A stretch of DNA of 64,000 nucleotides from Eledone cirrhosa (taxonomy: Eukaryota), in assembly GCA_964016885.1 (NCBI GenBank), contig OZ024745.1, positions 103,850,001-103,914,000 of the forward strand, given 5' to 3'. Positions within the stretch are counted from its first letter, which is position 1, and every line of letters begins with the position of its first letter. The position numbers and the translations under genes were made by a program. Below the pieces are notes generated by a model. That model made no database searches. It was not told the DNA's origin and was given only the letters and a program-made list of their open reading frames with translations. Shown piece after piece: positions 35,241 through 49,835 of the stretch.

Positions 35241-38200
35241 ATGCCATGTATTGCATGAAACCATATAAGCAAGACATTCTTGAAAAAGCAGAAAACACCA
35301 CTTTGGCTGCCTTGCATTTAAATTTGAAGTATTTACCACTGCAAATTTTCACAACAATCTGTCAAATCGTAAAGATATTCACATTTGAATGAACAAATCT
35401 GTTTATAAATATCTTCTAAATCTAAACAAGATATTAACAGTTCAGAAGACAAGTCTTTTTGCATTATCTACTAATAGATACCACAACTAAAATATTCAAC
35501 ACGAGGCCAAATCAGATTGCACATTATTTTGAAGTTTTGAAAATAAATTAGTGATTATCTGTGCATTGATAATTTCATTCATTACCTTATAATGCCATGA
35601 TGTTTTTCATGTAGGGTTCCGTAACTCGCGAGGGAGTCATGGAGGCACCGTATTAACATATGGCATTATTTTAAACCTGGCGGAGCCCATTTCCTCTCCA
35701 GAATATTATCAAGACAAGACAAATAAAGGAAAAAAACATATTTAAATTCTCACTTTAAAAGCAATTTATTAATGAGGATTTGACAAATTGTTCTCATTTT
35801 TGACAGCACAATACACTTGTAGAAAACAACCATGCCATTTCATTGTTGAGTTTTAGTGTCTAACTAAAAATACTTGGTTTTTCAGGTCTTAACATATGTT
35901 GATGAAAGCAAAATGTTTTTTGATGTTCAATGAAGGGAAAAATTAATTAAAATAGAATTATTATATAAATTAACTGTCTAAATTAGTGGATTTCGACCTT
36001 TTTCTTTGTTCCATCAGGACATCTAAAAACGATTCATCCACATCAATATGCTTGTTGTTAAAGAGATATGATGTAAAATTTCAAATCATTTATCACCCCC
36101 TTATAAGGTGTGTATCTCACATTCAGAATCGCTGCTCTAACCAAATGTTGATTAAATATCTTCTCTTGAGAATAACTACTTTGACATCTAGATATGCTAG
36201 ACATAAAAACTTATCTTTGCCAAAGGAACAAGTTTCCGTCTCACTAAATTTCCCTTGAATGTAATCGGTGCTTTTCTTAAAATTTTCTGGTGTATAATTA
36301 CAAAAACAAAAAACAAAGTTGCTTAAATGCTTTGTTCCTTATTGCTGAAAACCTTTTTTAGTGTGGATATTGATTAAAGCAAAATTATGTATAAGTAACG
36401 TTACCTAATTTTTCCCCTTTGGCCTTATTTCAATACTCTCCGTAGATCTTGCTTTCAGAAAATGGCTTTTTTTTTTTTTATCATTTTATCTTTATATATA
36501 CAATATAATTGGTGATTTATTATATTATAATCAAATTGCCTATCACAATTGTTTTTTAGTGAAATGTTTGTAACTTCATTTTTTTTTCTCTTCTGACTTC
36601 AGTACTGGTGTCTAGACACTTAATTAAAGACTATTGTAAAGATTTTAGTCCATTGAGTGTATTGTAATCAGTGGTTGACTTACTGTCTTTTGCAGTCTAG
36701 TCTAGTCTAATTATTTGAAAAGTAGTCACATCTGCTGATAAATTGACTACGAAAATGCTTTGGGGAACCTTGTTGTTAGTATTTATTTTCCATTAATCGT
36801 TATGTCATATTAAAACCACATCGAATCTAAATACTTGAATATTTTGAAATCTCCCATTGTCTCTATTGCAATGTTTTATGTTGTTGAGTTGATTATAATT
36901 ACCATCTTTAATTTTTTCTTAAAGTGCTATTTCTCTTCAGCCAGCCATAACTACATCATTTAAAATGTACTCCTAACAAACCAACAACTTGGCCTACTAG
37001 AAATAGCTAAATTGCTTTTATAGATACCACACCATACTTTTGCTAAAGATAGAGCAACCACTATAAATAATGAACTATGAAAAATAGATGGGACTCTTAT
37101 AACTGTAATGGTTCTACCTTTTTGTCATATGTCTATCCAATTAGAGTTGATATGCAACTAAACAACAGTATATACATTTTATAGTTACAGTCATTATTGG
37201 ATAAGCTTGCTATAATTAAAAATTAATAACAAGCAATTATTAATGTTTAACTTGTATGCATAGTGAGATGAATGTAATAAAACCACTTGGTGTTTTCAAA
37301 TATTTTCTAATGTGCATGTGTGTATATAATTACACTTTGTTGATGCTAATCCCTTCCTACTATTATACTTTTTAATTTGTGATGGGTTTGAAAAAAAGAC
37401 CTGAAACCTATTTCAAGACCACCTGCCTACCCTCATCTTTTCTTCTATTACAGGTCTATAAAAAGCTTGTGTTGTCATGTTCCCTGCTGTCCCTTACCAG
37501 TTGCCATATTGTGGGGATTGTCTAATCGGCTTCTCAGGCAATATGTATTGCCTTAAGTGTAGTTGTGGATTTTTTTTAATAGTTTGGTAACTGAGGTTAA
37601 AAGCAAGCAGTAGAAAAGATGTTTATCAACACATAGCAACTATTTTGTTGTACTTTTGCTAAAGCTGCTCCTTTATGTGGTTTCCATCTGCTATTTTTAT
37701 TGGGTTTGAATCAGGATTTCCTTTTTGTTCCTTCATATTTGTTTCATAACCTTTTTTTAAAATTCTTTAATCAGTTTCTAATTCTCAAAAAACCCTCTTG
37801 AATAGCAAACAAAATATTTCCCACCACTTCGAATCTCTAAAATTATAATTTAAAACGGATTTGATTTCATTTTCAAAATTTTATGTCATCATCAATCGTT
37901 AGATTTAACACCTCTAACATATTCATGTGATCTCTGTGTGTGTTTATGTAGGCCATGTTTAAATTTGCTTATTGAAAACACCACCACCCAGTCACAATTT
38001 CAAGATTTGGGAAAGATGTTAGCATTTTTGTTTCTGAATTCGGCTTTCATAACAGAATCCTACATGTTTGGCAATGTTAGTGTATGAATATTTTGAATAC
38101 ATTTTATTTATATTCAAGATACTAAAAAGCAATAATTAGCTGAAGCTAAAATACTTTTATTTACTCTGAAATTGGTATTTAGCACCATAAAAGATCTAGT

Positions 38201-39719
38201 TAACTCTGTTTAGGAGATTCTTCATAAATTGTGTGAAAGTAGATCTGATCTACTTAGAAAAGTGTAATATTAACCATATATGGTTCATAATGGGAAGGTC
38301 GGTTGGAGTGTATAGTGTTGCAATAATTGTCAAGGCTTGATTTTCACATGGTTGTGTTGGATATATGGAAGGTGTAGATTTTTGTAGTTAAGAAATATAG
38401 TTAAATAGTGCAGAATATTGGACAGATAGTATTTTTGTAGACAAAATCTTTAAATTATAGTGTTCATGCATATATTATTTTCAGTCAAAACAACTTATCT
38501 TAATTTCCTGTTTAGGTACTGTCTTATTTAGTGATTTGATCAGAGAGGAATAATTATAAACTTGTAGATTTAACGGCACTAGTTTAGGCACATAGAAATG
38601 TTTTGTTTTATGAATATATGGTCACATAGCACTTACAATTTGATAGGAATAGAATTTGTTGACATACAAATGTTTCTGTCTGAGTTGTCTTAGGATATCA
38701 TTTCAATGGTTTAAAGTATTACATATGGTGATATTTATGAACTCACACTTGCATAGATTCAGCTTACTTCTTATTGTTGTATCTCATAAGTTTTGGGGAT
38801 GTTTTGATGATAGGAGCTCTGGTCTTGTCATCATTGCAAATCCTCTTTCTTGATAATAAATTTTTATGTAATTGTCAGAAACTCCTTTCACACATACTCA
38901 CATACATGCATATACATATAGAGAGAGTGGAGGTAAGCATAGTGTACAAAGTACAACCACTTTCAAAGAAAGAGAATTCAATGTTTTCAGAGTTATATTT
39001 TGTGGGTATTGTGGAAATTTCAGTGACTCGCAATACTCATAATTTCATTCTGAACAGGAATCCTCAGAATTGTAGTCCTTGGTTTCCTGTCAGATTAAAA
39101 CTACTAGCCATTGTGAGGCATTGAACTTTTCAGTAACCACAGTTGTGTGTGTGTGTATATATATATATAGGATATTCACAAGTATGATCAATGAAAATAT
39201 AAAATAGATTTTGTTATAGCTGTCAGATTACACATGATACTGATTGCCCTAATTAAGCTGTCAAATGATTACTTATAAATGTGATTGAATACATCATCAT
39301 CACCATTTAATGTCTTATTTTCCCAGGTCGTCTGTTATGGGGCAAGTCTGGCCAGTTGGCCGCACCATACCTTGCTAAAATGGAACTGCATTTTGGTCAT
39401 TTAAAAAAAATTTTTTGCAGCTCAATGCCCTTCCTTACACTAACCATCCTTTTTGGGTGGTCCTGTTATGATAGTTTGGCCATGCCATACCCTGCTCATA
39501 AACAGATCTGTATTTGGGAGAGGGGTGTACCCATAATGAGGTTGGCCGCACAGGGCCTTGCTCATACTGCACCTCATTCTAAATAATAAATGGATATTTC
39601 AATACAAAAGTTTTTACTCACATCTTTTATTTCTATATAGAGCTTTTGGTAATGTTTAAATGCGTTAACATACCATTTTCTGAATTTCAATTTATTAAAA
39701 CCACCCATTATTATTTTTT

Positions 39720-39866
39720 TGGCATAGTTACGCCCCTTTATGGTGCGAGTTCAAATCCCGCCAAGGTTAACTTTGCCTTTCATCCTTACGGGGTAAGGAT
39801 AAAATAAAGTAGCAGTAATACACTGGGATAATTGCTGGCCTTGTGCCAAAAGTAGAAACAATTATT
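39720..39866 (+). mobile_element. SINE family B copy (partial)
   Basis: Shares GAGTTCAAATCCCGCC and the core and tail of family B. Confidence 0.75.
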
Positions 39867-40601
39867 TGTTGGTTGGAATTCCTGCCCAATTCTTGCTTTA
39901 GAGTGAGAGCTAGAATTCAAGACTTCCAATTATCATATGATTTTTTTTAAATCATTCTTTATTTTGATATCCATTTTACCTCATACTAGTTTTGTTGAGT
40001 ATATTATAGTTATTTGATCACTCACTGAACTGCTTACTCATTAAATTATAATGTAAGTACATGATTATTGCAATGACATGTGTACCCTTAATGTGATTTT
40101 CAAGCAGGTTCAGAGTGGCACAATTACAGCTGCATCCATTTGATGTTGTGCCTGACAATTTGTCTACCAGATTTCATTCATTTAGGTTGACTTGAGGCTT
40201 TCCTAAGATACTACCAAGTTGGATTAAATCTGAGACCTTGTAATTAAGGGAACATCTTAACAAATCAGCCATACTAAACTTAAATTTGATGGTCAATAGT
40301 ATGCCATACCATTTGTCTTAATTAATTTTTCATCAGCTTATAAACATTGCCAAAGAACTTAAATTTGCACACTCTTGGGAAACCTATCGGAATAAGAAGA
40401 TTGCTACTCTATAACATTGGGATACGTCTTGGGTAGTCTAATTTTAGATACACTGTCTGAATAAAAGATGGGATGGTCATATTTAGAAATCTGATGCAGT
40501 GTACAGGGGGTTCTTTATACTCAAGACAGCTTCCCAGCTGTAAATGACTCAATCAAGTGCAATACTAAGAAAATGAAAAAAAAAGCAAATACAGAACTTA
40601 A

Positions 40602-40770
40602 CCCTTTAGTATTCACATTACTCTATATATACTATGTTTTCATGGTAAAGCTCACATAATATCGAATCTGAGATTTTGAAAGTATTTATTTTGAGAACAA
40701 TACATCAGTTTGAGCGACCAGTTTCAACAGAAAGAGGTAAAGAATTCTGGCCGGTTTGAACATTAAAGGG
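40602..40770. mobile_element. piggyBac-type MITE, TTAA-flanked
   Basis: TTAA-CCCTTTAGTATTC...GAACATTAAAGGG-TTAA. Confidence 0.8.
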
Positions 40771-40869
40771 TTAACATAAGTTCAGAATCTGTATACAGAA
40801 TGAGTGAGCCTCTTTCTATCTACTGGAAATAGGGCTAAATTTACCTCAAATAATACCATACTTTCTTAA

Positions 40870-41070
40870 CCCTTTAGCATCTAAACCAGCTGTATCTGGC
40901 CAGAACTCTCACCTCTTTCTGTTCAAACCAGCCATAACCAGCCAGTCATACTGACACAAAGGTATTGTTCTCAAAATAAATAAAATCAAAATCTCATAAG
41001 ATTCAGTATTATGCGAGATAAGGCCTTTACCACGAAAATACAATAGTATATATATAGAGTAATGTATATG
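40870..41070. mobile_element. piggyBac-type MITE, opposite orientation to 40602-40770
   Basis: TTAA-CCCTTTAGCAT start; internal sequence shared with 55610-55815 and 62469-62668. Confidence 0.75.
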
Positions 41071-43990
41071 TTAATCGAGGTACTTCTATATTTGTATTTA
41101 TTCACACACACACACGTTTTATAACACTTGTCCTTATAATAAACGTTTCTTGGCTATTGAAATATAAATATTAAATTATATTATGGGTGTTATGGTCTGT
41201 TGTATCCCCTCCCCACACACACACTTTGTATGGCAAATTAGTTTTATTTTAACTACATTGGGACTTGCTATAAATACTTTGTCGTCGTTCCCCCCCCCCC
41301 TTTTTTTAACCATATTATACTCATCATGACTATACAAACTCTGTTCCACTTCATTGTTTAGGCCTCAAATGAAAACAATAAGTGCACAACTTGAAATAAT
41401 TTCACTTAGATGGACATTTTTACTATCTCAATTTCTTTCTGAAATTAACAGAAGTTGACTCCATTCTGCCAATACCAATTTTATATATTTTTTATGAGTT
41501 GCAGAGTAAGTAGTCAATTTGAAAAATGAATTAGATTTTGATAGTAACAAGTGGACTGTGCCTTCAGTAATCACCTGCATTCTTTCTCCCTCATATCCTG
41601 TTAAATCCTACCACACCAGTCATAGCTCCCTAATGTCTGTTTTTGCCATCGTTGTTCTATCTGAGGTCAACCCCACATTTTTCTCTTTCACATCACCCCT
41701 CTAAATCCCACCACATTTGACATGCATGTCATCCTCCCTTTCCATCCACCTATTGGACTCACTCCACCGTTACTCCTTAGTAACTGTTCTCACTCTCACA
41801 GTAGCCAGAATCTCCCACATCAGTAGTAGGCTCTTCAGCATCTGTTCTCATTATCACTACCTCGCATTCTGAGATTACCTTGCCAAATAGACCACAATTA
41901 TCATACATCCATTCTTTCTCAGTCCCCCCACACACACATTATTCCGTAAATCCCACCACACTTGTCATATCATAGCACCATACTTGTCATCCTTATCATG
42001 AAGCCAAACACGGTTCACTTGAAACAGATCATCATCTCTCCCTCTCCATAGAACAGAGAGGGTCAGTTATTGTTGGGATTGGCTGGCATTTATATGTTGT
42101 TTAGCTTCTGATTAGAGTTTTACTAAATATTATTGTTTGGGTTTGCTTTAACTTAGTTTTTTGGTTTTAACTCCTGTCTATAGTTTATGGGCTTTTTCTA
42201 TAGTGTGGTGGGTTGTTTTGGATTGTTTAGTGTAGGTTTCTATTTGATTTTAATTGATTATTTAATTGCTCAATCTTTTGTTGGGGTCTATCAGTTTGTT
42301 AAGCAGGTTAGGGTTTGGATTAGGTTAATGGGCGATGGCAGGGTTTCAGTTTTGTTTGTTCAGAGTCTGATTGAGCATTGTGTATATTTTGGTATGTCTC
42401 TATATCAGGTCAGGTTTATTGAAGTTATATAGCCGGAGATTATTTCTGGTGGTTATACTGATTGTGGGTGTAATGGCGCAATAGCCACTGCAGATTAATG
42501 TAGAAACTTGTTGATATGATGGTTGCAGACTGATGGCATCCATGGCTCCCTTAGCAGTAATTGGTACAGGTCTGTTGTTATGCTGGTATGGTTAGAGTAT
42601 GTTTTTAAAGGCTAAGTTTGATTTTTACTTCGTCTTGTGCAGCATGTCTAGTAAATGGGGTCGAAGGAGGTTTATGGATTGTGTTTGCTTGACTTCATAG
42701 ATAGCATTGATTTGGTGTACATTTGTTTACATTCAACCACATATCTTAGAATGCTGTTTCCTCTCTATTTTCCATACTTTTTCACCATCCCTTTCCCTAT
42801 GCATCATCACATCATAGATGTGTGTGTTTTTAAATTTTAAAGTATTGCATAGAGAGATATGTATAAATATACAAACACATATATTGCATTGTTATAGTTG
42901 ATTGTCCTTTACTGGGATCTTCATAAAAAAACTGAGCAAATTCATGGACAATGAACTGTTATTCCAATTATTCAGCTAACAAAACTACCTACCAAATAAA
43001 TTATTTTTAGGCTGCTTTTAGATGCCCCTCCTGATGCCAACCCATATTTTTTTAATAAGTATGCTATTGTTTATTGTTGATCACTACTGCTTTCTTATAA
43101 AGAGTATAGCTTGTAGTGTCCCAAATTATTAACAATAGGCATTATAAAGATAATTGATGGACAAATATGTGGTGCAGGAAGTCAATACAGTTACTGTTAA
43201 GTAGCACAGGAATTTGTTGTTTATCCTTGTATTTGTGTTCCATTTGTGGCCATCCCTACTTTTTTCCTGCAGTCTTAACCACGTTTGTGTCCTTCCTTAT
43301 TCTATGGCAGTAGGGTGTGGATTGAAAGATGGTTGCTGTTTGTGGCACAATAAGTGACCATGTAGGGTTTCCCTGTTGGTTCTTTCTCAAAGCAAGTCTA
43401 ATGAATATGAGAGTATGCTTAGTGTGTTAAGTGAAATACACCTAAGCTTGACAAAGATTTGTAATGTGAAATAAATAGCAAGCTGGTTTGCATTACTAGT
43501 GACTATAAACCACTGTAATTTAGTATTGTAAAAAAAAAAAACTCGGCCTGACTGTCAATGTAATTGTAAGATTTCAGTTTTTTTTTCTTTTCCGTGTGTT
43601 CAGATTCAACTAGTCCAAATCTACATGACAATCACTAACCTATCTCAGAGACTACAAATGCACCTTCTAAATGTAATCATCATGAACTATGTACAAGATA
43701 CATTAACTCTCATTATCATCCTTGAAATACAGCAAGATTAATTTTCTGTTGAGCCAAAGAGAACTGTGGTCGCTTGAGATTTGGATTCAAAGAGTAGCCA
43801 ATCTCAAATTATACCCTACCATATCAAGGGAGGAAAGACATTGGATAATGTAGATTTAAATACTGTTTTAAAACAAGATGGCAGGTTTATAGTTGGGGAG
43901 CTCTTGTTGAAAGGTTTACATTTATTTCAGCTGAGCTGATCTGGGCTAAATAGAAACTACTGTTATAACCAGAAGGCTATCACTTTATCT

Positions 43991-44027
<37 letters not shown>

Positions 44028-45580
44028 ATTTATTTATTGATTTTTTTTTTTATCATGTTGAGATTTTACTGTGAGCATGACAGAATAATATACAGTGAAT
44101 TCTCATTTGATGAAGTAGATGGAAATGTGATAGGTGAGGGAGTTAGCTTTAAGATTTCACTGAGTTACTATTCTGCTGTTTGTCTCTTAAACTAGCACTA
44201 GTATGTCAGTAGGTCTGACCTGATTCTCTGAAACATTATATACATATATATATTGATGAAATGATATTGTATCAAGAAACATTTAAGTGTTGATTTAATA
44301 GCTTGATAGCTTTGTTTCAGTCTTAACTAATTTCATATTGGAAAGGTGAGATAATATATTATAATTTGAGATGAAATTAGCTGCTTGATATTATGCAGGT
44401 TTCGAATTACATTTTTTTTTATTTGGTTTTATGGCAGCCATTTTGAGTATTGGAATTTGGTAGCCTTCTTTACAGACAGAAAATATTAAACATTCTTTTA
44501 AATTACACAAGTACTTTCAGTCGACTTACAAAAAAAGTAGGGGTGCATGTTTTAAAGGTTAATAATACATGTCATATATTTATTCTAAGTAAAAAAAAAT
44601 GCCATGGTGGCATATAAGTGGATTAGTAGGAGACCCAACCTAATATGGATTTTTGTCTTAAATCTGTTGCCAAAAGAGTACAGTTAATCAAATGAATTCC
44701 AGTAATTTTCTAGTGCTAAATTGCTATTTGAAAAGGATTCCTAGATATATTAATCTTGCAATTGCACTACTGAACTGTAATTATATTAAATATTGATTTT
44801 GATTTTCGTTTATATATAATCATTTTTTAAATCTCCTGTGTCATTGTTGAAACTTAAATGAAAAGCCAACTCAATTAAACTTTGGCCTGAGACATGTAAG
44901 GTACATTTATTTGCATAAACTTCACTACCACAGCATTTGCTGAATCAGCACCATCATCATCGTTTAACGTCCATTTTTCTTTTTATTGATATTTTCACAA
45001 CTATATACAATGTCAACAACTTCACTGTATATCTTATTAGTTTCTTATTTGTCCTAGATGGCTGCCTAACATCTAGTAAAATAGCCTTGATTTCAATTAT
45101 AAGGTAGTTTGAAGCTACACATTTTAATTCTGAGAAAAAGATTCTCTTTCTGCCTTGGTGCAGTTAGAAATAAATTTAACTTTCAGAAAGTTTTAGCACC
45201 AATGAGGCTGCTTGAGATGATTTCATTGGTGTAAACATGCAAGTGAGAGGATGATACATGTTATAAAAATAAATGAATTATACTTATCTTTATACTATAG
45301 TAAGGTAAGCTGGATTTACTTAAAGCCTAACTGCACCTATCGCATCAACTTCTAGGATAGTCATTTCTTGGTGATCACAGGATAAATGCAAAAGCTACAA
45401 AATCACATCCATTTTTCATAGATGTACTTTAAAAGTATACTATGCTTAATTTTAACTTTTCATGCACTTTTTTTCCTTCATTTATTTATCATTTTAGATA
45501 TTCACCATTTCCAAAATATCATTTATGATAGTTTTAAATAAAGATCAACAATTATGAACAGACTATATAACGTGTGTGTA

Positions 45581-45825
45581 TCATCATCACCGTTTTACGT
45601 CCATTCTTCTACGCTATCATGGATTAGATGCATTGTCCTGTTGTTGGCAATGCCAGGTCAGGTGACCATGTCTTGCTCATACAGAACTGATTTTGGTTTG
45701 ATTTCTACAGCTGGATGCCCTTCCTAACACCAACCTCATTTACAGTGAGTACTGGGTGCCTTTTACTGTGGCACCTATACGGCCACTTTACAGTGTGGAC
45801 TGGGTGCTTTACAATGGCGTGACGT
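45581..45825 (-). mobile_element. SINE family A-related copy
   Basis: (ATC)n tail and GCTGGATGCCCTTCCTAACACCAACC. Confidence 0.75.
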
Positions 45826-45849
45826 TAAAATGACAATGATGAATATATG

Positions 45850-45887
<38 letters not shown>

Positions 45888-46691
45888 CAGACATGAAAAT
45901 AAAATTAAACAAAATAACAAAAAAAAGAATAAGCAAGCAAATATAGCTACAAAACAAGTTGAAAGTATAATATACAAAGGAAGAATAGAAGACAAATAAA
46001 ATAGCTAAATATATACACAACAAAAAGTGACAACTATAGGAGGTGACCAAAGAGTCTAATTAAACATATAACTGTCATGGTAAATGCTCAGTCACACAGC
46101 AGCTGTATTTTAGGTATTGATGCCTATGCAAAATAGGTATTTTCAGTGATAGTATGAAATGAATTATAAACAATATCTATGATAGAAAATGTCCATCTAA
46201 TACTTTAATAATAATAATAATTCAAATCGTTTAAGCTTAGTCTCATATAAAATCTGATCTAGATATCCCTAGCTGTAGTTTGTGTGTGTGTGTATAAAGG
46301 CATGTAGTTGTTAGTTTGATTCTGGGATTGGGCGATATGTTGTCCTAGAGCAAGACACTTTATTTCTTGTTGATCTTGTGCCAAGCTATATTGCCTTTGC
46401 CTTTCTCTTGGAGAATATTGGTAACAAGGAAAGGGGAAACTGGAATGCATAGCCCCCCCCCCCCCCACACACACAGCAAAAAAAAAATTGCCCTGGCTTA
46501 CGCTATGCAGTGGAACTTTCCAGGTGCAAAACCGATGGTCATTTGTAGCTGAAGTGGGTATTTATACTACACACACACACACACACACGCACGCACGGCT
46601 GCCATGTGGTTATAAAGCAAACTTAACACCCCACCATCCCTAATTCATACAAATTATCTATTATAGAGTTAATCTTATGTTTGTGTAGGGC

Positions 46692-46880
46692 GATGGGTTG
46701 GCAGTATTGATAGAGGGTAGGACGCCATGCTTTGAAGCATAGTTACCTCCCTTTATGATCTGAGTTCAAATCCCGCCGAGGTTAACTTTGCCTTTCATCC
46801 TTACGAGGTCGATAAAATAAAGTACCAGTAATGCACTGGGATAATTGCTGCTGGCCTTGTGCCAAAAGTAGAAACAATTA
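46692..46880 (+). mobile_element. SINE family B copy
   Basis: Matches 3004-3188. Confidence 0.8.
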
Positions 46881-48027
46881 TATTTGACCTTGTTTACAAA
46901 GTTATCAGTTGTTACCTAAACATTTCAAACATATTCCAAATAGAAAGGTTTTAAACTGTTATAAATTAATAGAAACTAGGGCTTGGCACTTTGTGATTTA
47001 GAAATCATAATTTAGGGAGTATACTTTTTCCAGTCTGAGTAACATTGGTAAAATGAATTATTTCATGGCACGTGCACAAAATTATGAAATGAATATTTTG
47101 AAAATAAAAATTACGTAAAAATTAGTTATATTACTTACTAAACCTTCCAAATTCTTGATTATTTTTAGGTAATGAAAAGGTTAACTAATTAGGACTAAAA
47201 AATGAATTTCTCAATTGTATTTTTGCAATAAATGTGATATAAAAATTACTTTGGTGTTAAGAAGGGCATCCAGCCATAGAAACCAAGCCCAATCAATTCT
47301 TTGTGAAGGAATCGCGGTCCCCCGACCTGATCCGCCACAAAGGGACAGCCCGTCCTACCCATGCTTGCATGGAAAATGGACGTTAAATGATGATGAATCT
47401 ATCTTCAGACAAGAACAATGACAACAAAGCTCAAATCCTAATAGCAGTCTGAAGATAAATAAATAGTGTAGTTTTTGTGATTTAGTAGTTATACTAAATC
47501 ACATATTGATTAAAGAAAACATGGAAGAAAATTATTGTAATTTATTTAAATGAGTGTAAACTGAAATATGGCCATGCTGATGTGATGAGTGAGATTGTTC
47601 ATGAATATTCAAGAATTCAAACATCTTTACATAAAATGTAATCAAGGAGTTAAATTATATTTTGTCATTTTTTTATGGGTACTATGCTTATATAAATATT
47701 ACTAAATTGAAAATATATTTTTTGTTCCAAAGGAGCTGGACAGGAAGATTACATACTCTATCAATTTATAATTTACACTAAGTTGTAGAACAATTGGTAA
47801 ATTAAACTGATGACAAAGGAATTGAGCCAGTCTTTTAGATATCGAAATCTGTCCAAAATAAGTATTTTCAATGATAGTGTAGGATGAACTATAAACATTG
47901 ATAGAAAATGTCCATTTGATACTTTAATAATAATTCAAATATTTTAAGCTTAGTCTCGTATATGAAACGTGATCTAGATAGCCCTAGCTGTAGTGTGTGT
48001 GTGTGTATATATATATATATGTATATA

Positions 48028-48273
48028 TGGTCCTAAATAAATGGGGTCGTGTAGGTGTCACGACAAAAAACACAAGTTACGCTGTAATGTGGCCGTGTAG
48101 GTAACGGTAAAAACCTCCCAGTTCACACTGTAAATGTGGTTGGTGTTAGGAAGGGCATCCAGCCGTAGAAAACCTGCCAGACAGTCCTACACGAGTAAGA
48201 CAACCAATCTTGCCTCAAGTGGGACAATTCCCGTCTAAACCTATGCTAGCGTGGAAGATAGACGTTAAACGAT
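48028..48273 (+). mobile_element. Solo copy of the 3' region found at 30352-30705
   Basis: Collinear similarity without the internal tandem duplication. Confidence 0.8.
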
Positions 48274-48356
48274 ATGTGTGTATATATATATACACACGTA
48301 TATGTGTGCATGTATATATATGTATGTGTGTATATGTGTGTGTGCTTGTATGCATA

Positions 48357-48610
48357 TATTGTTACCAATATTCTCCAACATGATCTTGCTTTTGTGAGCT
48401 GTGACACAGCTCACAAAAACAGGATGGTGTAGAACAACTAAGGCACAAAATAATAAATTTAGTCACTGAAGAGGTCACAGAATTTGATGCAAAAGAGCTT
48501 TGAAAATAAACAAATAACCCTCTGGTTATTAAACTTAACCAACTAGAAGTTTATAATAAATTGTGTGTGTGTTTTATTAGCAGCATGACCCTCCCAAAGT
48601 ATAACAATAC
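48357..48610 (+). mobile_element. Second copy of the 665-945 hammerhead-like element with a different inversion breakpoint
   Basis: Shares AGTCACTGAAGAGGTCACAG and GCAGCATGACCCTCCCAAAGT..AACAATA; local palindrome TTTTGTGAGCTGTGACACAGCTCACAAAA. Confidence 0.75.
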
Positions 48611-49313
48611 CTATAAGTGTGTGTGTGTGTATAAAGGCAATTTCACTCTTGGAACTCAAATTGTCTGTACTGCATGCCTGGTTTCCATGTTAGCAATTAC
48701 TCTAAAGCTGTCCTGTCTTGATATAGACTACCTGCATTAAATCTCTCTTTATCACATGAATCACAGATCATGTTATAGTCACTCACAACACTCTGATAGG
48801 TCACTCCAACACTGTCAAACAGTATTTGTTTATATAGCACTGATTTAACTAATTGCTATTGAAGTCACCTGGCATTTAACAGATTCTTGGTTCCACTCCC
48901 ATGATGGGACCTGTTCTGGATATATCTTACATAGATACAACAATCTCCCTAGTGTTGGTGATCTACACAATAAAAGCAATCTGTACATGCTGTAAAGTTT
49001 TTGGTGTTAGGGAGAGCATTCAGCTGTAGAAATAGAAAGCTTGCAAAACGGGGGGTTGTGAGGGCTCTTCTGTTTGTGTCAGGAGACACAACTTCTCTAC
49101 ACTCGATAGAATGTATGACCATATGTAAGCTGGATGCAGACTCCTTGGCCCTGCTTCAGTACTGACTTGGTCTAAGTATCCAACTCCTGCTAGCAGGGAA
49201 AGTAGATGTTAAATGATGATCATTTTATGTTTAAAAATGTTAATTTTGATGCTATTTCATGCACATACTCTGAAAAGGTTTCTTATTTTTTCTTTTTCTT
49301 TTCTTATTTTCAG

Positions 49314-49358
49314 GATGTACATCGTAAAGCAAATATCAAATTTCAAAATAACTCTGGG
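49314..49358 (+). CDS. ELL: ELL coding exon 2 (45-nt micro-exon)
   Basis: Long polypyrimidine tract and CAG acceptor (49311-49313), peptide DVHRKANIKFQNNSG, then a GTAAGT donor. Phase 0/0 and in frame with exon 1; corresponds to the vertebrate ELL segment DSVSLRPSIRFQGSQG. Confidence 0.85.
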
Positions 49359-49835
49359 GTAAGTTACATTTCCAGTAAAATTTTTTCCATCTTCATTATT
49401 AATGTAGTAAGTTTCCTCAACATAAAATGTAGCATTGTATTGTTGTAATAAATATAACATTTCTAAACCACTATTGCTATGTGCCTTTACAACTTCATCT
49501 GTTCTCTAAAAGTATGAGGTTATTTCTGTATCAGTTTGTTTGTCACTTTATTGAAAAGCTTTGGTGAAGGTATCAGTAAATTTTAAAACAAAACATCTGT
49601 AAGGTTTTTGAATATTAAAGAGAAATCAAATTTATCTGTGAAGCTCTTCCAAATCTAGTGTTATGACTTGAAATACTTCATAAATTTGTATGTTATTAAA
49701 TACCTCCAAATGCATGATTATTTTCAAAATTATTTGAAAACAGTGTTACATTAGAAATATAGTAATGAAAGTGTTAAATTCTTAACAGAATTTTATTTTT
49801 GATAGAATTATATTTTAGTAAAATTTTAATATTAA

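Larger units (their letters stand above)
6717..49313 (+). other. ELL: ELL intron 1 (about 42.6 kb, GT-AG)
   Basis: Defined by the exon 1 donor and exon 2 acceptor; no intervening ELL-like coding sequence seen. Confidence 0.8.

Noticed and set aside
35612-36440. Possible hAT-like DNA transposon remnant starting TAGGGTT
   Set aside because: No matching second terminus or clear transposase motif found by eye.
41540-42730. Strand-skewed segments that may be old retroelement remnants
   Set aside because: Translations gave no motif I could assign confidently.
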